Assembly: GCA_038212275.1 (NCBI GenBank)
Contig: JBBQUR010000001.1
Span: 32,001 to 96,000, forward strand
Direction: 5' to 3'
DNA from: Planctomycetota bacterium
GTDB taxonomy: Bacteria > Planctomycetota > B15-G4
Length of the DNA stretch: 64,000 nucleotides
Positions 19,274-32,048 of the stretch are shown here, piece by piece. A model generated the notes under the pieces. It was given only the letters and a program-made list of their open reading frames with translations, was not told where the DNA came from and did not search any database. Each line of letters begins with the position of its first letter. Position 1 is the first letter of the stretch. Made by a program: the position numbers and the translations under genes.

Positions 19274-20193
19274 GGCGCGCCGAGCGCCAGCGTGGAGAGA
19301 GCCGCGTCGAGCACAGGCACGCGCAACTCGCCCCGGCGGATGAGCCGCCGCGCCTGCTTCGCCGCGGGAGTGATCCACTGCCGCCAGCGACGGGCGTCCG
19401 GCGCGGCGCCCTCGGCGGCCTTGAGCGCATACGTGCCGATGGCCTTGACGAGGCGCTGCACGGCGACGGCCGCCGTGCCGGGCGCCTCGCCGGCCACGCG
19501 GTCGCGGTCCGCATCGGGCAGCGTGATGTACGGATCGTAGGCCAGCGAGACGCGGTCATACGCGGCCGGTCCGGGCATGGCGTCCTGGTGATCGACGATG
19601 CGCACGCGCCCTTCGTGCCAGAGCAGGTTGCGCGCGTGGTAGTCGCGGTGGCAGAGCACCATCGGTTGCGCGGTGCATGCGTTGACGAGCATCGTCAGGT
19701 CCTCGGCGAGGCGCGGGCCCGGGGGGCCGTCGAGCAGCAGGGCCGCCGTCACGAACTGGTCCAGCTCGCGCTGCAGGCGGCGCGCATCGAGCGGCGGTTG
19801 CGGCGACGTGTCCAGGGCGCCCAGCGTTTCGATGGCAGGCAGCAGCTCCAGCGCCTTCGCGTGCAGGTCGGCGAGATCGGCCCCGTGCTCGACCGCGCTG
19901 ACGAGCGTCTCGTCGCCGAGATCCTCCTGCAGGATCCAGCCGTGCGCGGGGTCGCTGTCGTGGATGTGCGGCACGGGGACCCCGGCCGCGGCGAGCAATC
20001 GCGTGGCGCGCTCGACGCGGGCGACTTCGGCGGGAGGCGTGCCCTTGGCGAACACCATGACCACGGCGGTCTGCAGCGGGTAGTGCTGCAGACGGGTCAG
20101 GCGTGCATAGCGACGCGTGCTGGCCTCCGAGGGCAGCCAGACAGAGTGTGCGCAAGCGAGGGGTTTGTCGCCCTGGCGGGCCGTCGTGGACAT
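19270..20193 (-). CDS. amgK: APH-fold anomeric sugar kinase, AmgK-like
   Basis: EASTRRYAR, EDLGD, HRDYHARNL, DHQDA..GP..YD.VSL, QR.VKAIG. Confidence 0.8.
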   Translation of the reverse strand: MSTTARQGDKPLACAHSVWLPSEASTRRYARLTRLQHYPLQTAVVMVFAKGTPPAEVARVERATRLLAAAGVPVPHIHDSDPAHGWILQEDLGDETLVSAVEHGADLADLHAKALELLPAIETLGALDTSPQPPLDARRLQRELDQFVTAALLLDGPPGPRLAEDLTMLVNACTAQPMVLCHRDYHARNLLWHEGRVRIVDHQDAMPGPAAYDRVSLAYDPYITLPDADRDRVAGEAPGTAAVAVQRLVKAIGTYALKAAEGAAPDARRWRQWITPAAKQARRLIRRGELRVPVLDAALSTLALGAP

Positions 20194-20244
20194 GCGTCGC
20201 ACTCTAGCGAAGCGAAGGGGACGCCCGAAGCGGCCGTCCGCGAC

Positions 20245-20273
20245 TTCACCGGCCGGCGGCATTGCACTACCAT
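20245..20273 (+). promoter_or_regulatory. Putative promoter TTCACC-N17-TACCAT, 8 nt before the ATG
   Basis: Spacing and position; a divergent TAGAGT on the minus strand at 20201-20206. Confidence 0.45.
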
Positions 20274-20281
20274 GCGCGGTC

Positions 20282-21823
20282 ATGAAGCTGCTCTGCATGC
20301 TCCTGCTCCTGGCGGGCTGGGTGGTGCCGGCCGACCAGAACGAACTGGTGGCCGAGTTCCGCCGCTACTACGCCAAGGCCAAGACGCCGCGCGAGCGCTG
20401 GGAAGCCGTGCAGGTCCTCAAGGACATCGACTCGCTGGAAGCGGCCCAGGCGCTGACGGGCGCCTTCGAGGACGAGGACTTCTCCGTGCGCCGCGGGGCC
20501 ATCGATGTGGTGGCCGGCTTCAAGCTCGAAGCCACGGCGCAGTGGCTCGCGGACGAGGTCCTGCTGTCGCGCAAGCTGGCCAAGAAGACGCGCCTGCGTG
20601 CCGGCGCGGCCGAAGCCCTCGGCGGCATGGGCTTCCCCTTCGCGTACATCTCGCTCTCCGCGCTGCTTGAAGAGAAGGATCCGGACCTGCGGCTTGCCGG
20701 CATCACGGCGCTGGGTCGGCTGAAGGATCCGCGCGCCTGTCACGACCTGTCGCTGATGGCCGCCAACGAGGACGGCTCCGTGGCGCTCGCCGCACTGGAT
20801 GCGCTCGTCCTGATCGGCTCGGCCCCGGGCGCGGAACTGGCCGTGCTGGCGGCGCTGCAGCATCCCGACTGGCGCGTGCGCGCGCGCGCGATCGCGGCCG
20901 TCTACGAGCTGCGCCTGAGAGCCGGCATCCGCCCGCTCATCGAGCGTCTGGGAGTCGAGCAGGGACGGCTGGCGGGGGACGCCTACCAGGGCCTCAAGAG
21001 CATCACGCTGCGCGACTTCGGTGATACGCCGGGCGAGTGGTTGAAGTGGTGGGATCGGGCCGAGGAGTCCTGGGTGATGCCCGACTTCGAGAAGGTCGCG
21101 GAGGCGCGCGCGCTCGAAGCCAGGAACGGTACGCGCTACACGACGGGCAAGAAGGAGTTCCTCGGCGTGGCGACGCGCTCCGAGAACATCCTGTTCGTGA
21201 TCGACGTCTCGGGCAGCATGGAAGTGCCCTTCGCGGACCTGCAGCGCCTCAAGGCGAGCGGCCGCACCTACTCGTCCTTCCAGCGCCTGCAGATCGTGAA
21301 GGAAGAGCTGATCCAGACGATCGCGGAACTGCCCGACACGACCGGTTTCAACATCATCGCCTTCGCCAGCGACGTCAAGCCGTGGAAGAAGGATCAGATG
21401 CGCGCCAACGTGCTGAACAAGTCGGCGGCGACCGACTGGGTCAACAAGCTCAAGCCGCTGGGGGGCGAGTCGGCGGGCTTCAAGGCGCAGTCCGGGCTGT
21501 CGCTCGCGGCCTCGAACGAGGGCCAGACCAACACCTACCTCGCGCTCATGACCGCGCTCGGCGAACCGGCCGACGCCAAGGGTGGTGCGGGCTTCGTGAC
21601 GGCGCCTCCCAAAAGCCCGCTGGACACGATCTTCTTCCTGACCGACGGCGAGCCGACGGTGGGGAAGACCGTGGACATGCGCGAGATCCGCAACGAGGTG
21701 CGCCGGGTCAACGGCTACCGCGGCGTGCAGATCCACGTCATCTACGTGGGCGAGTACGGCGGTGAGGACATGGAGAAGCTGGCGCACGAGAACGGCGGCG
21801 TGTTCGTCTCCATCGGCGGCTGA
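20282..21823 (+). CDS. Secreted HEAT-repeat plus VWA-domain protein
   Basis: Signal peptide MKLLCMLLLLAGWVVPA; HEAT-like D..VRR.A repeats; MIDAS DVSGSM, T, LTDG. Confidence 0.85.
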   Translation: MKLLCMLLLLAGWVVPADQNELVAEFRRYYAKAKTPRERWEAVQVLKDIDSLEAAQALTGAFEDEDFSVRRGAIDVVAGFKLEATAQWLADEVLLSRKLAKKTRLRAGAAEALGGMGFPFAYISLSALLEEKDPDLRLAGITALGRLKDPRACHDLSLMAANEDGSVALAALDALVLIGSAPGAELAVLAALQHPDWRVRARAIAAVYELRLRAGIRPLIERLGVEQGRLAGDAYQGLKSITLRDFGDTPGEWLKWWDRAEESWVMPDFEKVAEARALEARNGTRYTTGKKEFLGVATRSENILFVIDVSGSMEVPFADLQRLKASGRTYSSFQRLQIVKEELIQTIAELPDTTGFNIIAFASDVKPWKKDQMRANVLNKSAATDWVNKLKPLGGESAGFKAQSGLSLAASNEGQTNTYLALMTALGEPADAKGGAGFVTAPPKSPLDTIFFLTDGEPTVGKTVDMREIRNEVRRVNGYRGVQIHVIYVGEYGGEDMEKLAHENGGVFVSIGG

Positions 21824-21972
21824 GGCGACCTCCCGCCGCGTCGCGCGAGCGTGCCGCATGCGTCGCCGTGACGCCCCGGTCGGGGCCGCGAGCCGGCTTG
21901 CGCCGCGCCGGGCCGGTCGGCATCATGTCCACCCTTTCCGCGTGACCGGCACCGCCCTGCGGACGGAAACAT

Positions 21973-22050
<78 letters not shown>

Positions 22051-22061
22051 TCGCGCGGCAC

Positions 22062-22092
22062 GCACGGCCGCCCGCCCGACGGCGGGCCGTGC
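22062..22092. terminator. Hairpin between tRNA-Pro and the convergent flippase gene
   Basis: GCACGG..CCCGCC-CGAC-GGCGGG-CCGTGC. Confidence 0.4.
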
Positions 22093-22161
22093 AGGTGCGC
22101 GGGCCGGGCCGCGCGAACCGTGTAAACCGTGTCAGCCGCGTCGTCGTGGCGACCGAGACGC

Positions 22162-23133
22162 TCAGGGCGCCGACGTGAGCGCCGCCGGCTGCCGACGTCC
22201 GCGCAGCAGCCAGCCGGCTCCGCCCAGGATCGTGATGAAGGCGAAGACGAGCACGTGACTCACGAGCCCGGAGGTCGCCGCAGATTCCTTGTCCATGCCG
22301 ATCGTCATGTAGCCGGCGGTCCAGCCGGCCTCCCAGGTGCCGACGCCCGCCAGCGGACTCACGGGAATGACCGCGGAGAGGTGCAGTCCGGTCGTGCCGA
22401 TGAGGCTGGCGGGGAAGTCGACGGCGGCGGCGGCCGGCCCCAGCGGGGCGGGCGCGTCGGCCATCGCCGCCACGATGAGAAAGCAGGCCCCGTAGGTCGC
22501 GGCCCACGTCGCCAGCGAGGTGAGCGCGGCGAGGAAGAACTGGCTGCGCTGCATCGACGAGAGGTGCACCGCGGCGCGCCCGGCGAAGGCAATCGGCTTG
22601 CGTGTGCTGTTCGCGAGCATCGCCGCACGCCGCGCGAGGATCGGCAGCAGCAGCAGGCCGCCGACGAGCAGCGCGAACACGGCAACCGCACGCAGCGCCA
22701 TGTCGCCCGACGCACCGAAGCGACCCGTCAGCAGCAAGCCGATGAGCAGCCATGCCGCCACGGAGGCCAGGTCGAGGATGCGCATGAGCGCCAGCACGGA
22801 CACGCCCTCGTGCAGCGGCCGCCCGCACTCGGCGGAGAGCATGAGCGGCAGGCTTGCCTCGCCGGTGCGGAACGGCAGCACCACGGCCAGGAAGATGTGT
22901 CGCGCGGATATCGAGACGAGGTGAGGCAGCGAGCCCGCGCCGGGAAGGAGCACGGCGAGCCGCAGGCCGCGTCCGACGAAACTCGCCGCGTAGACGCCGA
23001 AGGCCAGTGCCACTGCGCCGCGGTCGAGGGTCGCCAGCGTGCCCGTCACCGCGCTCCACTTCAGATTCGTGGCGGCGGCGAGCAGCGCCAGCAGCACGAT
23101 GGAGACGAGCAGGGCCGGCAGCAGCCGCTTCAC
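22162..23133 (-). CDS. Lysylphosphatidylglycerol-synthase-TM/flippase-like (UPF0104) membrane protein
   Basis: Multi-TM; LPFRTGE, RILD, P.SP.AGVGTWEAG; GTGA overlap. Confidence 0.82.
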   Translation of the reverse strand: MKRLLPALLVSIVLLALLAAATNLKWSAVTGTLATLDRGAVALAFGVYAASFVGRGLRLAVLLPGAGSLPHLVSISARHIFLAVVLPFRTGEASLPLMLSAECGRPLHEGVSVLALMRILDLASVAAWLLIGLLLTGRFGASGDMALRAVAVFALLVGGLLLLPILARRAAMLANSTRKPIAFAGRAAVHLSSMQRSQFFLAALTSLATWAATYGACFLIVAAMADAPAPLGPAAAAVDFPASLIGTTGLHLSAVIPVSPLAGVGTWEAGWTAGYMTIGMDKESAATSGLVSHVLVFAFITILGGAGWLLRGRRQPAALTSAP

Positions 23134-23927
23134 GCGCCGTCCGCCCGAGCCACTTCGAGCATCGTGTACCAGGACTGGCTGCGCAGCAGCGGCACGTGTG
23201 ACAGCCCTCGGTCCAGCGCGCGGAGCGCGGCGGCGATCCCTCCGGCGAAGGGCACGTGCTTGAGCACCGGCACGAGGTCCGGGTTGTCGCAGAGCGGGTA
23301 GGCGACGAAGCCGAAGCGCACCTCGCGCCGCACGACGAGGCCTGCGGCCGAGAGCAGCGCGCGGAGCTGGCCGCGGGTGTAGGCGCGGTCGATGGTGTGG
23401 ATCTTTCCGAAGGACGGCCGGCGCTTGACCCAGGCCCGCGCGGCCCGCGTGAGCAGGTTGTCGTTGGCGGGCTCTCCCATGATGAGGCGGCCGTCGCGCT
23501 TCAGCACCCGCGCGATTTCGGCCAGCACGCCGGCCTCGTCCTCCATGTGGTGCAGGGCGGAGCGGCACACGACGACGTCGCACGAGTCGGAGGCCAGGGG
23601 CAGCGCGGCCATGTCGGCGCGGAGCAGCCCGACCGCCAGGCCCGTGCGCAGGTCGGTGAGGTCGTAGCCCTCGAGCATTTCGGCGCTGATGTCGATGCCG
23701 ATGACCGACTCGTAGCGGCGCGCCAGCTTGTCGAGCATGACGCCCGTGCCGCAGCCGAGGTCCACCGCGCGGGCGCCGTCCCGGACGGGCGCCAGCCCCA
23801 TGAGGATGTCGTTGCGCTCCTCCTGGAAGGCCTCCGCGAATGCGTAGGCCGAGCGGCGCCGGTACATGTGCGCCACATTGCGGTGCATCTCGACCTGTTG
23901 CCGGGCGTGCTCGGACAGGGCGCTCAT
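23130..23927 (-). CDS. Class I SAM-dependent methyltransferase
   Basis: VDLGCGTG, GIDIS, ADMAALP, ALHH, EIARVLK. Confidence 0.9.
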   Translation of the reverse strand: MSALSEHARQQVEMHRNVAHMYRRRSAYAFAEAFQEERNDILMGLAPVRDGARAVDLGCGTGVMLDKLARRYESVIGIDISAEMLEGYDLTDLRTGLAVGLLRADMAALPLASDSCDVVVCRSALHHMEDEAGVLAEIARVLKRDGRLIMGEPANDNLLTRAARAWVKRRPSFGKIHTIDRAYTRGQLRALLSAAGLVVRREVRFGFVAYPLCDNPDLVPVLKHVPFAGGIAAALRALDRGLSHVPLLRSQSWYTMLEVARADGA

Positions 23928-24044
23928 GGTCGGGGCAGTCTCTCACAGCGGCGAGGCGTCTGCCACACGCACGTCGGAGCCTGGCGCCGCGCCCGCACGC
24001 CGGTGCGCCGCCGCACCCGCACCCGCACGCCGCTGCGCCGCTGC

Positions 24045-24137
24045 GCCGGTGCGGTGGTGCGCCGGTGCGGTGGTGCGCCGGTGCGGTGGTGCGGTGGGTG
24101 CGGTGGGTGCGGTGGGTGCGGTGGGTGCGGAGGGTGC
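24045..24137. repeat. Compound tandem repeat (16 bp x3, then 9 bp x5) with G-quadruplex motif
   Basis: GCCGGTGCGGTGGTGC x3, then GGTGGGTGC x4 plus GGAGGGTGC. Confidence 0.9.
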
Positions 24138-24208
24138 GGCCGTGTGGCGATGCGACCGTGCACCGCCTCGGCCGGACGACACTGCCATCGGCCTGTGAAA
24201 TCCGGATC

Positions 24209-26389
24209 ATGGCCGGCGTGACCGCGAGCGAGCCCACCACCACAGCCGCGCCCTCGGGCGCTGCCGTCGGCATCCCGCGCAGCCTCGTCCTGGCGCTGGC
24301 GCTGCTCGTGCCGGTGGTGGTCGATCCCTTCGGCGAGGACACGCAGGGCGCGAAGGCGCTGGTGCTCTCCCTGTGCGGACTGGCGGCCCTCGTGCTGGGT
24401 GCGTCCGAGGTGCTGCGGCATGGGCGGCGCCCCGCGTCCACCACGCTGGCCGAGCGCGTGCTTGTGGCCCTGCTGGGGTGGTCGGCGCTGTCGCTGTTCT
24501 GGGCGCGCAATCCCCAGATCGGCCTGACGCGCGTGCTGCTGCTGGCCGCGATGCTCGGGCTGGCCATCGGGGTGCGCGAGCTGTGCACGACGGCGGCGCG
24601 CGCGTGGCTCGTGCTGGTTGCGCTCGTCGTCGTCGGGACGTGCGCGATGACGGTCGACGCGCTGTCGGTGATCCAGGCGACGCCGATGCTGAGCGACACC
24701 GAACTCAAGCACGCGTCCGTGCTCTTCGTGCACAACAACATGGCGGCCAGCTACGTGACGGCGCTCGTGCCGCTCATGGTGGTCGGGCTCGTGGTGGCGA
24801 GGCGTCCGCTGCACCGGCTCGTCTGGCTGGTCGCGCTGGGCTGCCTGTCGCTGTACCTGCTGCTGCTCGGCAGTCGCGCCGGCATGCTCGGGGCGTTGCT
24901 CGCGGTGGTCGTGGTGGCGCTCCTCGTCGCGCTGCGCACCCGACTGCCGCGGCTGCGGATGTCGGGCCGGCGCTGGAGGATCCCTGCCGTGCTCGTGCTC
25001 GTGCTGATGGCGGCGCTGCCGCTGTCCGATCGCGTGCGCGGCCTGGCGAAGGACGGCTTCTATCGGGGCGTGCAGCTGCTCTCCTTCAACCTCGGCGAGG
25101 TCTCGTTCCGGCCGCTGCTGTGGCGCAAGACCATCGAGATGGTGCGCGAGCATCCGCTGCTGGGCGTGGGGGCCGGCAACTTCGTGGTCGAGTTCCCGCG
25201 CTTCGAGCGCCAGGCGGCCGCCAAGCCGCACGCGCACAACGATGCACTGCAGGTGCTTGCCGAATTGGGTCTGCCCGGGCTGGCGCTGTACCTCGGCCTC
25301 TTCGCGTCGCTCGCGGTGATGCTGGCCTCCGTGCTCTGCTCGGCGTGCGAGCAGCGAGCCTGGTTCGTCGCCGCGGCGGCGACCGGGAGCGTCGTGGTGT
25401 TCGGGGTCGTGGGGCAGTTCGAGGTGCCGTTCGCCCTGGCCGCCACGGCCGGTCTGCTGGCGGTGCTCATCGGCGTGGCCGGTGCGCTCACGCGCCTCGG
25501 CGGCGAGGGCGCGGCTCCGGCGGCTCCCGCAGGGCGTGCCCGCCGTCCCGTGGCCGCTCTCACGCTGCTGACCTGCGTTCCGGCGCTCATCGTGACGGCC
25601 ATCCATGTGCCCGGAAGCTGGCTGACAGCTCGCGCGCAGGAGCGCGCCGCGGCCGGTGATCTCGACACGGCCGAAGCGCTCTACGCCAGGGTGTCCGCGC
25701 TCGGCACGGGAAGCCACGTGCCCGAGCGCATGCTGGGGTTGCTGGACCTGCAGCGCGGCGCGGGAGAGTCCGCGCTCGAACACTTCCGTGCGGCCCGCGT
25801 GCTCTGGCCTTTCTCCAGCGAACTCGCCGAGGACGAGGGCGATGCGCTCATGCTGCTCGGGCGCCACGATGAGGCCGTGGAGCTTTATCAGGAGTCGGTG
25901 GCGGGCAGCCCGACACGTATCGGGTCGTTCTCGAAGCTCGTCCTCGCGCTGGACAGCGCGGGGCGGCTGAGGGAAGCCATCGACCTGCTGCAATACAAGG
26001 TCTGCACCGATCATGCGACCACGCTGGCCTCGGTGCAGCGCCTCGCGGACATGTGGCGCCGTCGCGCCCGGGATGAGGAGGGCCCCGCACGGATCGAGGC
26101 CCTCGTGGCCGCGCGCCACTTCTACGCCGTGCTGCTTCAGGAGGCCGAGCCGGAGCGCATGTCCGAGCTGAACCGGATCTACAAGGACGTGACGCACCTC
26201 CTGCAGGTGCAGCCCGGCTCGCCGTCCTCATGGTGGGTGGTCTATGACCGGTTCCGCGAGCAGAACAGCCTGCGCATGCCCTTCACCGCGCTCTGGACCT
26301 CCATGGACGACGACGCGCACCGGCTGTTCCCCGGCTACGTGGAGCCGCTCGGACCGCCGATTCCCGGGCTCTGGCGCGACCCGCCGTGA
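24209..26389 (+). CDS. O-antigen ligase (Wzy_C)-family membrane protein with TPR tail
   Basis: Many TM helices; HNN, GSRAG, R..LW, HPLLGVGAGNF, HAHNDALQ..AELG. Confidence 0.85.
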   Translation: MAGVTASEPTTTAAPSGAAVGIPRSLVLALALLVPVVVDPFGEDTQGAKALVLSLCGLAALVLGASEVLRHGRRPASTTLAERVLVALLGWSALSLFWARNPQIGLTRVLLLAAMLGLAIGVRELCTTAARAWLVLVALVVVGTCAMTVDALSVIQATPMLSDTELKHASVLFVHNNMAASYVTALVPLMVVGLVVARRPLHRLVWLVALGCLSLYLLLLGSRAGMLGALLAVVVVALLVALRTRLPRLRMSGRRWRIPAVLVLVLMAALPLSDRVRGLAKDGFYRGVQLLSFNLGEVSFRPLLWRKTIEMVREHPLLGVGAGNFVVEFPRFERQAAAKPHAHNDALQVLAELGLPGLALYLGLFASLAVMLASVLCSACEQRAWFVAAAATGSVVVFGVVGQFEVPFALAATAGLLAVLIGVAGALTRLGGEGAAPAAPAGRARRPVAALTLLTCVPALIVTAIHVPGSWLTARAQERAAAGDLDTAEALYARVSALGTGSHVPERMLGLLDLQRGAGESALEHFRAARVLWPFSSELAEDEGDALMLLGRHDEAVELYQESVAGSPTRIGSFSKLVLALDSAGRLREAIDLLQYKVCTDHATTLASVQRLADMWRRRARDEEGPARIEALVAARHFYAVLLQEAEPERMSELNRIYKDVTHLLQVQPGSPSSWWVVYDRFREQNSLRMPFTALWTSMDDDAHRLFPGYVEPLGPPIPGLWRDPP

Positions 26390-26470
26390 GCACCGCCGAG
26401 CGGACCGCAAGCGGCTCGCTCAAGTCGACCCACCCTGTTCCCGACAGGTGGTTCACTCTCCTCCTTCTCC

Positions 26471-26519
26471 AGGGCCCGGGTCTCCGGGGGGTCACTCCCC
26501 CGGGGACCCGGGTCTTTTT
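26471..26519 (+). terminator. Intrinsic terminator directly upstream of guaB
   Basis: About 20-bp stem AGGGCCCGGGTCTCCGGGGG/CCCCCGGGGACCCGGGTCTT followed by a T run. Confidence 0.75.
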
Positions 26520-26543
26520 GATTGCCCGCGCCAAGTGTGCTGA

Positions 26544-29805
<3,262 letters not shown>

Positions 29806-29809
<4 letters not shown>

Positions 29810-30879
29810 GTTCCGTGACGTTGTCGTCGCTCGACTGGATGCTCGACGCTCTGGCCGGGCTGTGCGCCCACGACACGACCACGGGGCATGAGGACCGCGG
29901 ACTGCCGGCGCTGCGCGAACTGCTGGCGTCTCTCGGAGCCGACGTGGTCGTGCAGAGCGTTGCGCCGTGGCGAAGCAACGTGCTGGCGCGCTGGGGCGAG
30001 CCCGAGCTGCTGTTCACCACGCACCTGGACACGGTGCCGCCCTACGTGGCGCCGCGCCGCGAGGCCGACGCCTTCTTCGGCCGCGGCAGCGCGGATGCCA
30101 AGGGGCAGATCGTCGCGCAGCTGGCGGCCGTGAAGGCGTTGCTCGCACGCGGCGAGACGCGCCTCGCGTGGCTGGGCGTCGTCGGCGAGGAGACGGACAG
30201 TGTCGGCGCGCATGCCGCGCTGACGCTCGCGCCGCAACTGCGCAGCTTGCGCGCGCTGGTCAACGGCGAGCCCACAGGCAATCGCCTCGCGACGGGGCAG
30301 CGCGGCCTGCTCCACCTGCGCCTGCACTGCACGGGTCTCGCCGCGCACAGTTCCACGCCCGAGCGCGGCCGCTCCGCCGTGTGGCCGCTGCTCGACTGGC
30401 TCGGGCGACTCCGCGACGGTGGTCCCGCCGCACCGGGCGAGCCACGCGGCGCGGACGTCCGTCTTGGCAGCGAGTCCTGGAACCTCGGACTGCTCTCGGG
30501 CGGCGAGGCGTCCAACGTCGTGCCGGCGCACGCGCAGGCCGAGCTGCTCGCGCGCACGCTGCCCGGCGGGAGCTTCCTGAACTCCGTGCGCCGCGCCGCG
30601 CCGCCGCCGGCGGAGATCGAGAGCGGCGTCGACGTGCTGCTGGAGTCTCCGCCCGCGCGCTTCGACACGCCGGCCGGCTTTCCTTCCGCGGCGATGCCCT
30701 TCGGCTCGGACGCGCCGCAGCTGGCCTCGCTCGTGCCGTCGGGCCGCGTGCTGCTCGCCGGCCCCGGCTCGATCGAGGTCGCGCACGCGCCGGACGAGCA
30801 CATCACGCACGCGGAACTCGCCTCCGGTGCCGCACTGAATCTGCGCCTGGCGCAGCACCTCCTCGAGGGAAATCACTGA
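29806..30879 (+). CDS. M20 metallohydrolase (DapE/ArgE-like deacylase)
   Basis: [30 protein letters not shown]...AH..DE; GTGA overlap with guaA; lies in the dap operon. Confidence 0.88.
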
Positions 30880-31967
30880 TGGGCAGCGCTGCCCGCATTC
30901 CGGTCACCGTGCTGGGCGCCACGGGCGTCGTCGGCCAGCGCTTCGTCGCACGGCTCGTGCAGCACCCGTGGTTCCGCATCGAGCACCTCGCCGCGAGCGA
31001 ACGCAGCGTCGGCCGCGCCTACGCCGAGGCCTGCACGTGGCAGCTCCCCGGGGAGACCGGCGGCCGGCACGCCAACGAGAGCCATGCGGGCTGCGGCGCG
31101 CGCACGCTGGTGGCCGCGACGCCCGAGGCCGCCTTCGCGCCGGTCGTCTTCTCCGCACTGGACAGCGGCCCTGCGCGCGACATCGAGCCGGCCTTCGCCG
31201 CAGCGGGTGCGGTCGTCTTCTCGAACGCGAGCGCCTTCCGCATGGATCCGGTCGTGCCGCTGCTCGTGCCGGAAGTCAACGCAGCCCACCTCGCGCTGCT
31301 GGACACGCAGCGCGTCCGCAGCGGCGGTCGCGGCGGCATCGTCTGCAATCCCAACTGCACGGCGACGGTGCTCACGCTCGCGCTCGCGCCGCTGCACCGC
31401 GCCTTCGGCGTGCAGACCGTGATGATGACGAGCATGCAGGCCGTGTCGGGCGCGGGCTGGCCCGGCGTGAGCAGCCTGGACATCCTCGGCAACGTCATCC
31501 CCTACATCCGCGACGAGGAAGAGAAGGTGCCGGAGGAAACCGCGCGCATGCTCGGCACGCTGCGCGACGGGGCCGTCGTGCCGGCGGACCTCACGCTCTC
31601 GGCGGCCTGTCATCGCGTGCCGGTGCTCGACGGCCACACGGAGGCCGTCTCCGTGCGATTGCGCGGCGACCCGTCCCCGGAGGCGGTGGCCGAATGCCTG
31701 GCGGAGTTCCGCGGCGAACCGCAGGAGCTGTCGCTGCCGAGCGCGCCGGAGCGCCCGGTCTACGTGCACACGGCCCCGGATCGCCCGCAGGTGCGGCGCG
31801 ACGTGCAGGCCGGCGGCGGCATGTCGGTGCACGTGGGGCGCGTGCGGCGCTGCCCCGTGCTGGGCATCAAATTCGTGGTCATGGGACACAATGCGGAGCG
31901 CGGCGCGGCGGGCGCTTCGCTCCTGAACGCGGAACTCGCGCACGCGCGCGGGCTGCTCGACGCATGA
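30879..31967 (+). CDS. asd: Aspartate-semialdehyde dehydrogenase (archaeal/Bacteroidota-like type)
   Basis: LGATGVVGQ, SNASAFRM, PEVN, NPNCT, QAVSGAG, RVPVLDGH, HN..RGAAG. Confidence 0.95.
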   Translation: MGSAARIPVTVLGATGVVGQRFVARLVQHPWFRIEHLAASERSVGRAYAEACTWQLPGETGGRHANESHAGCGARTLVAATPEAAFAPVVFSALDSGPARDIEPAFAAAGAVVFSNASAFRMDPVVPLLVPEVNAAHLALLDTQRVRSGGRGGIVCNPNCTATVLTLALAPLHRAFGVQTVMMTSMQAVSGAGWPGVSSLDILGNVIPYIRDEEEKVPEETARMLGTLRDGAVVPADLTLSAACHRVPVLDGHTEAVSVRLRGDPSPEAVAECLAEFRGEPQELSLPSAPERPVYVHTAPDRPQVRRDVQAGGGMSVHVGRVRRCPVLGIKFVVMGHNAERGAAGASLLNAELAHARGLLDA

Positions 31968-32048
31968 TGCGGGCACGAGGCACGCGACGTGCACGGCGCG
32001 CTCCGCGGAGCGCTCGCGGCACACGGCTTTTCAGGGAGGGGTGAAACG

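Noticed and set aside
22116..22142. Degenerate 9-bp triple repeat (AACCGTGTA-like) after tRNA-Pro
   Set aside because: Too short and degenerate to interpret.
26283..26470. Minus-strand AAGGAGGAG followed by GTG (a possible small ORF)
   Set aside because: The product is featureless, runs antisense into the ligase gene and has poor codon bias; the tract is treated as a plus-strand RNA feature instead.
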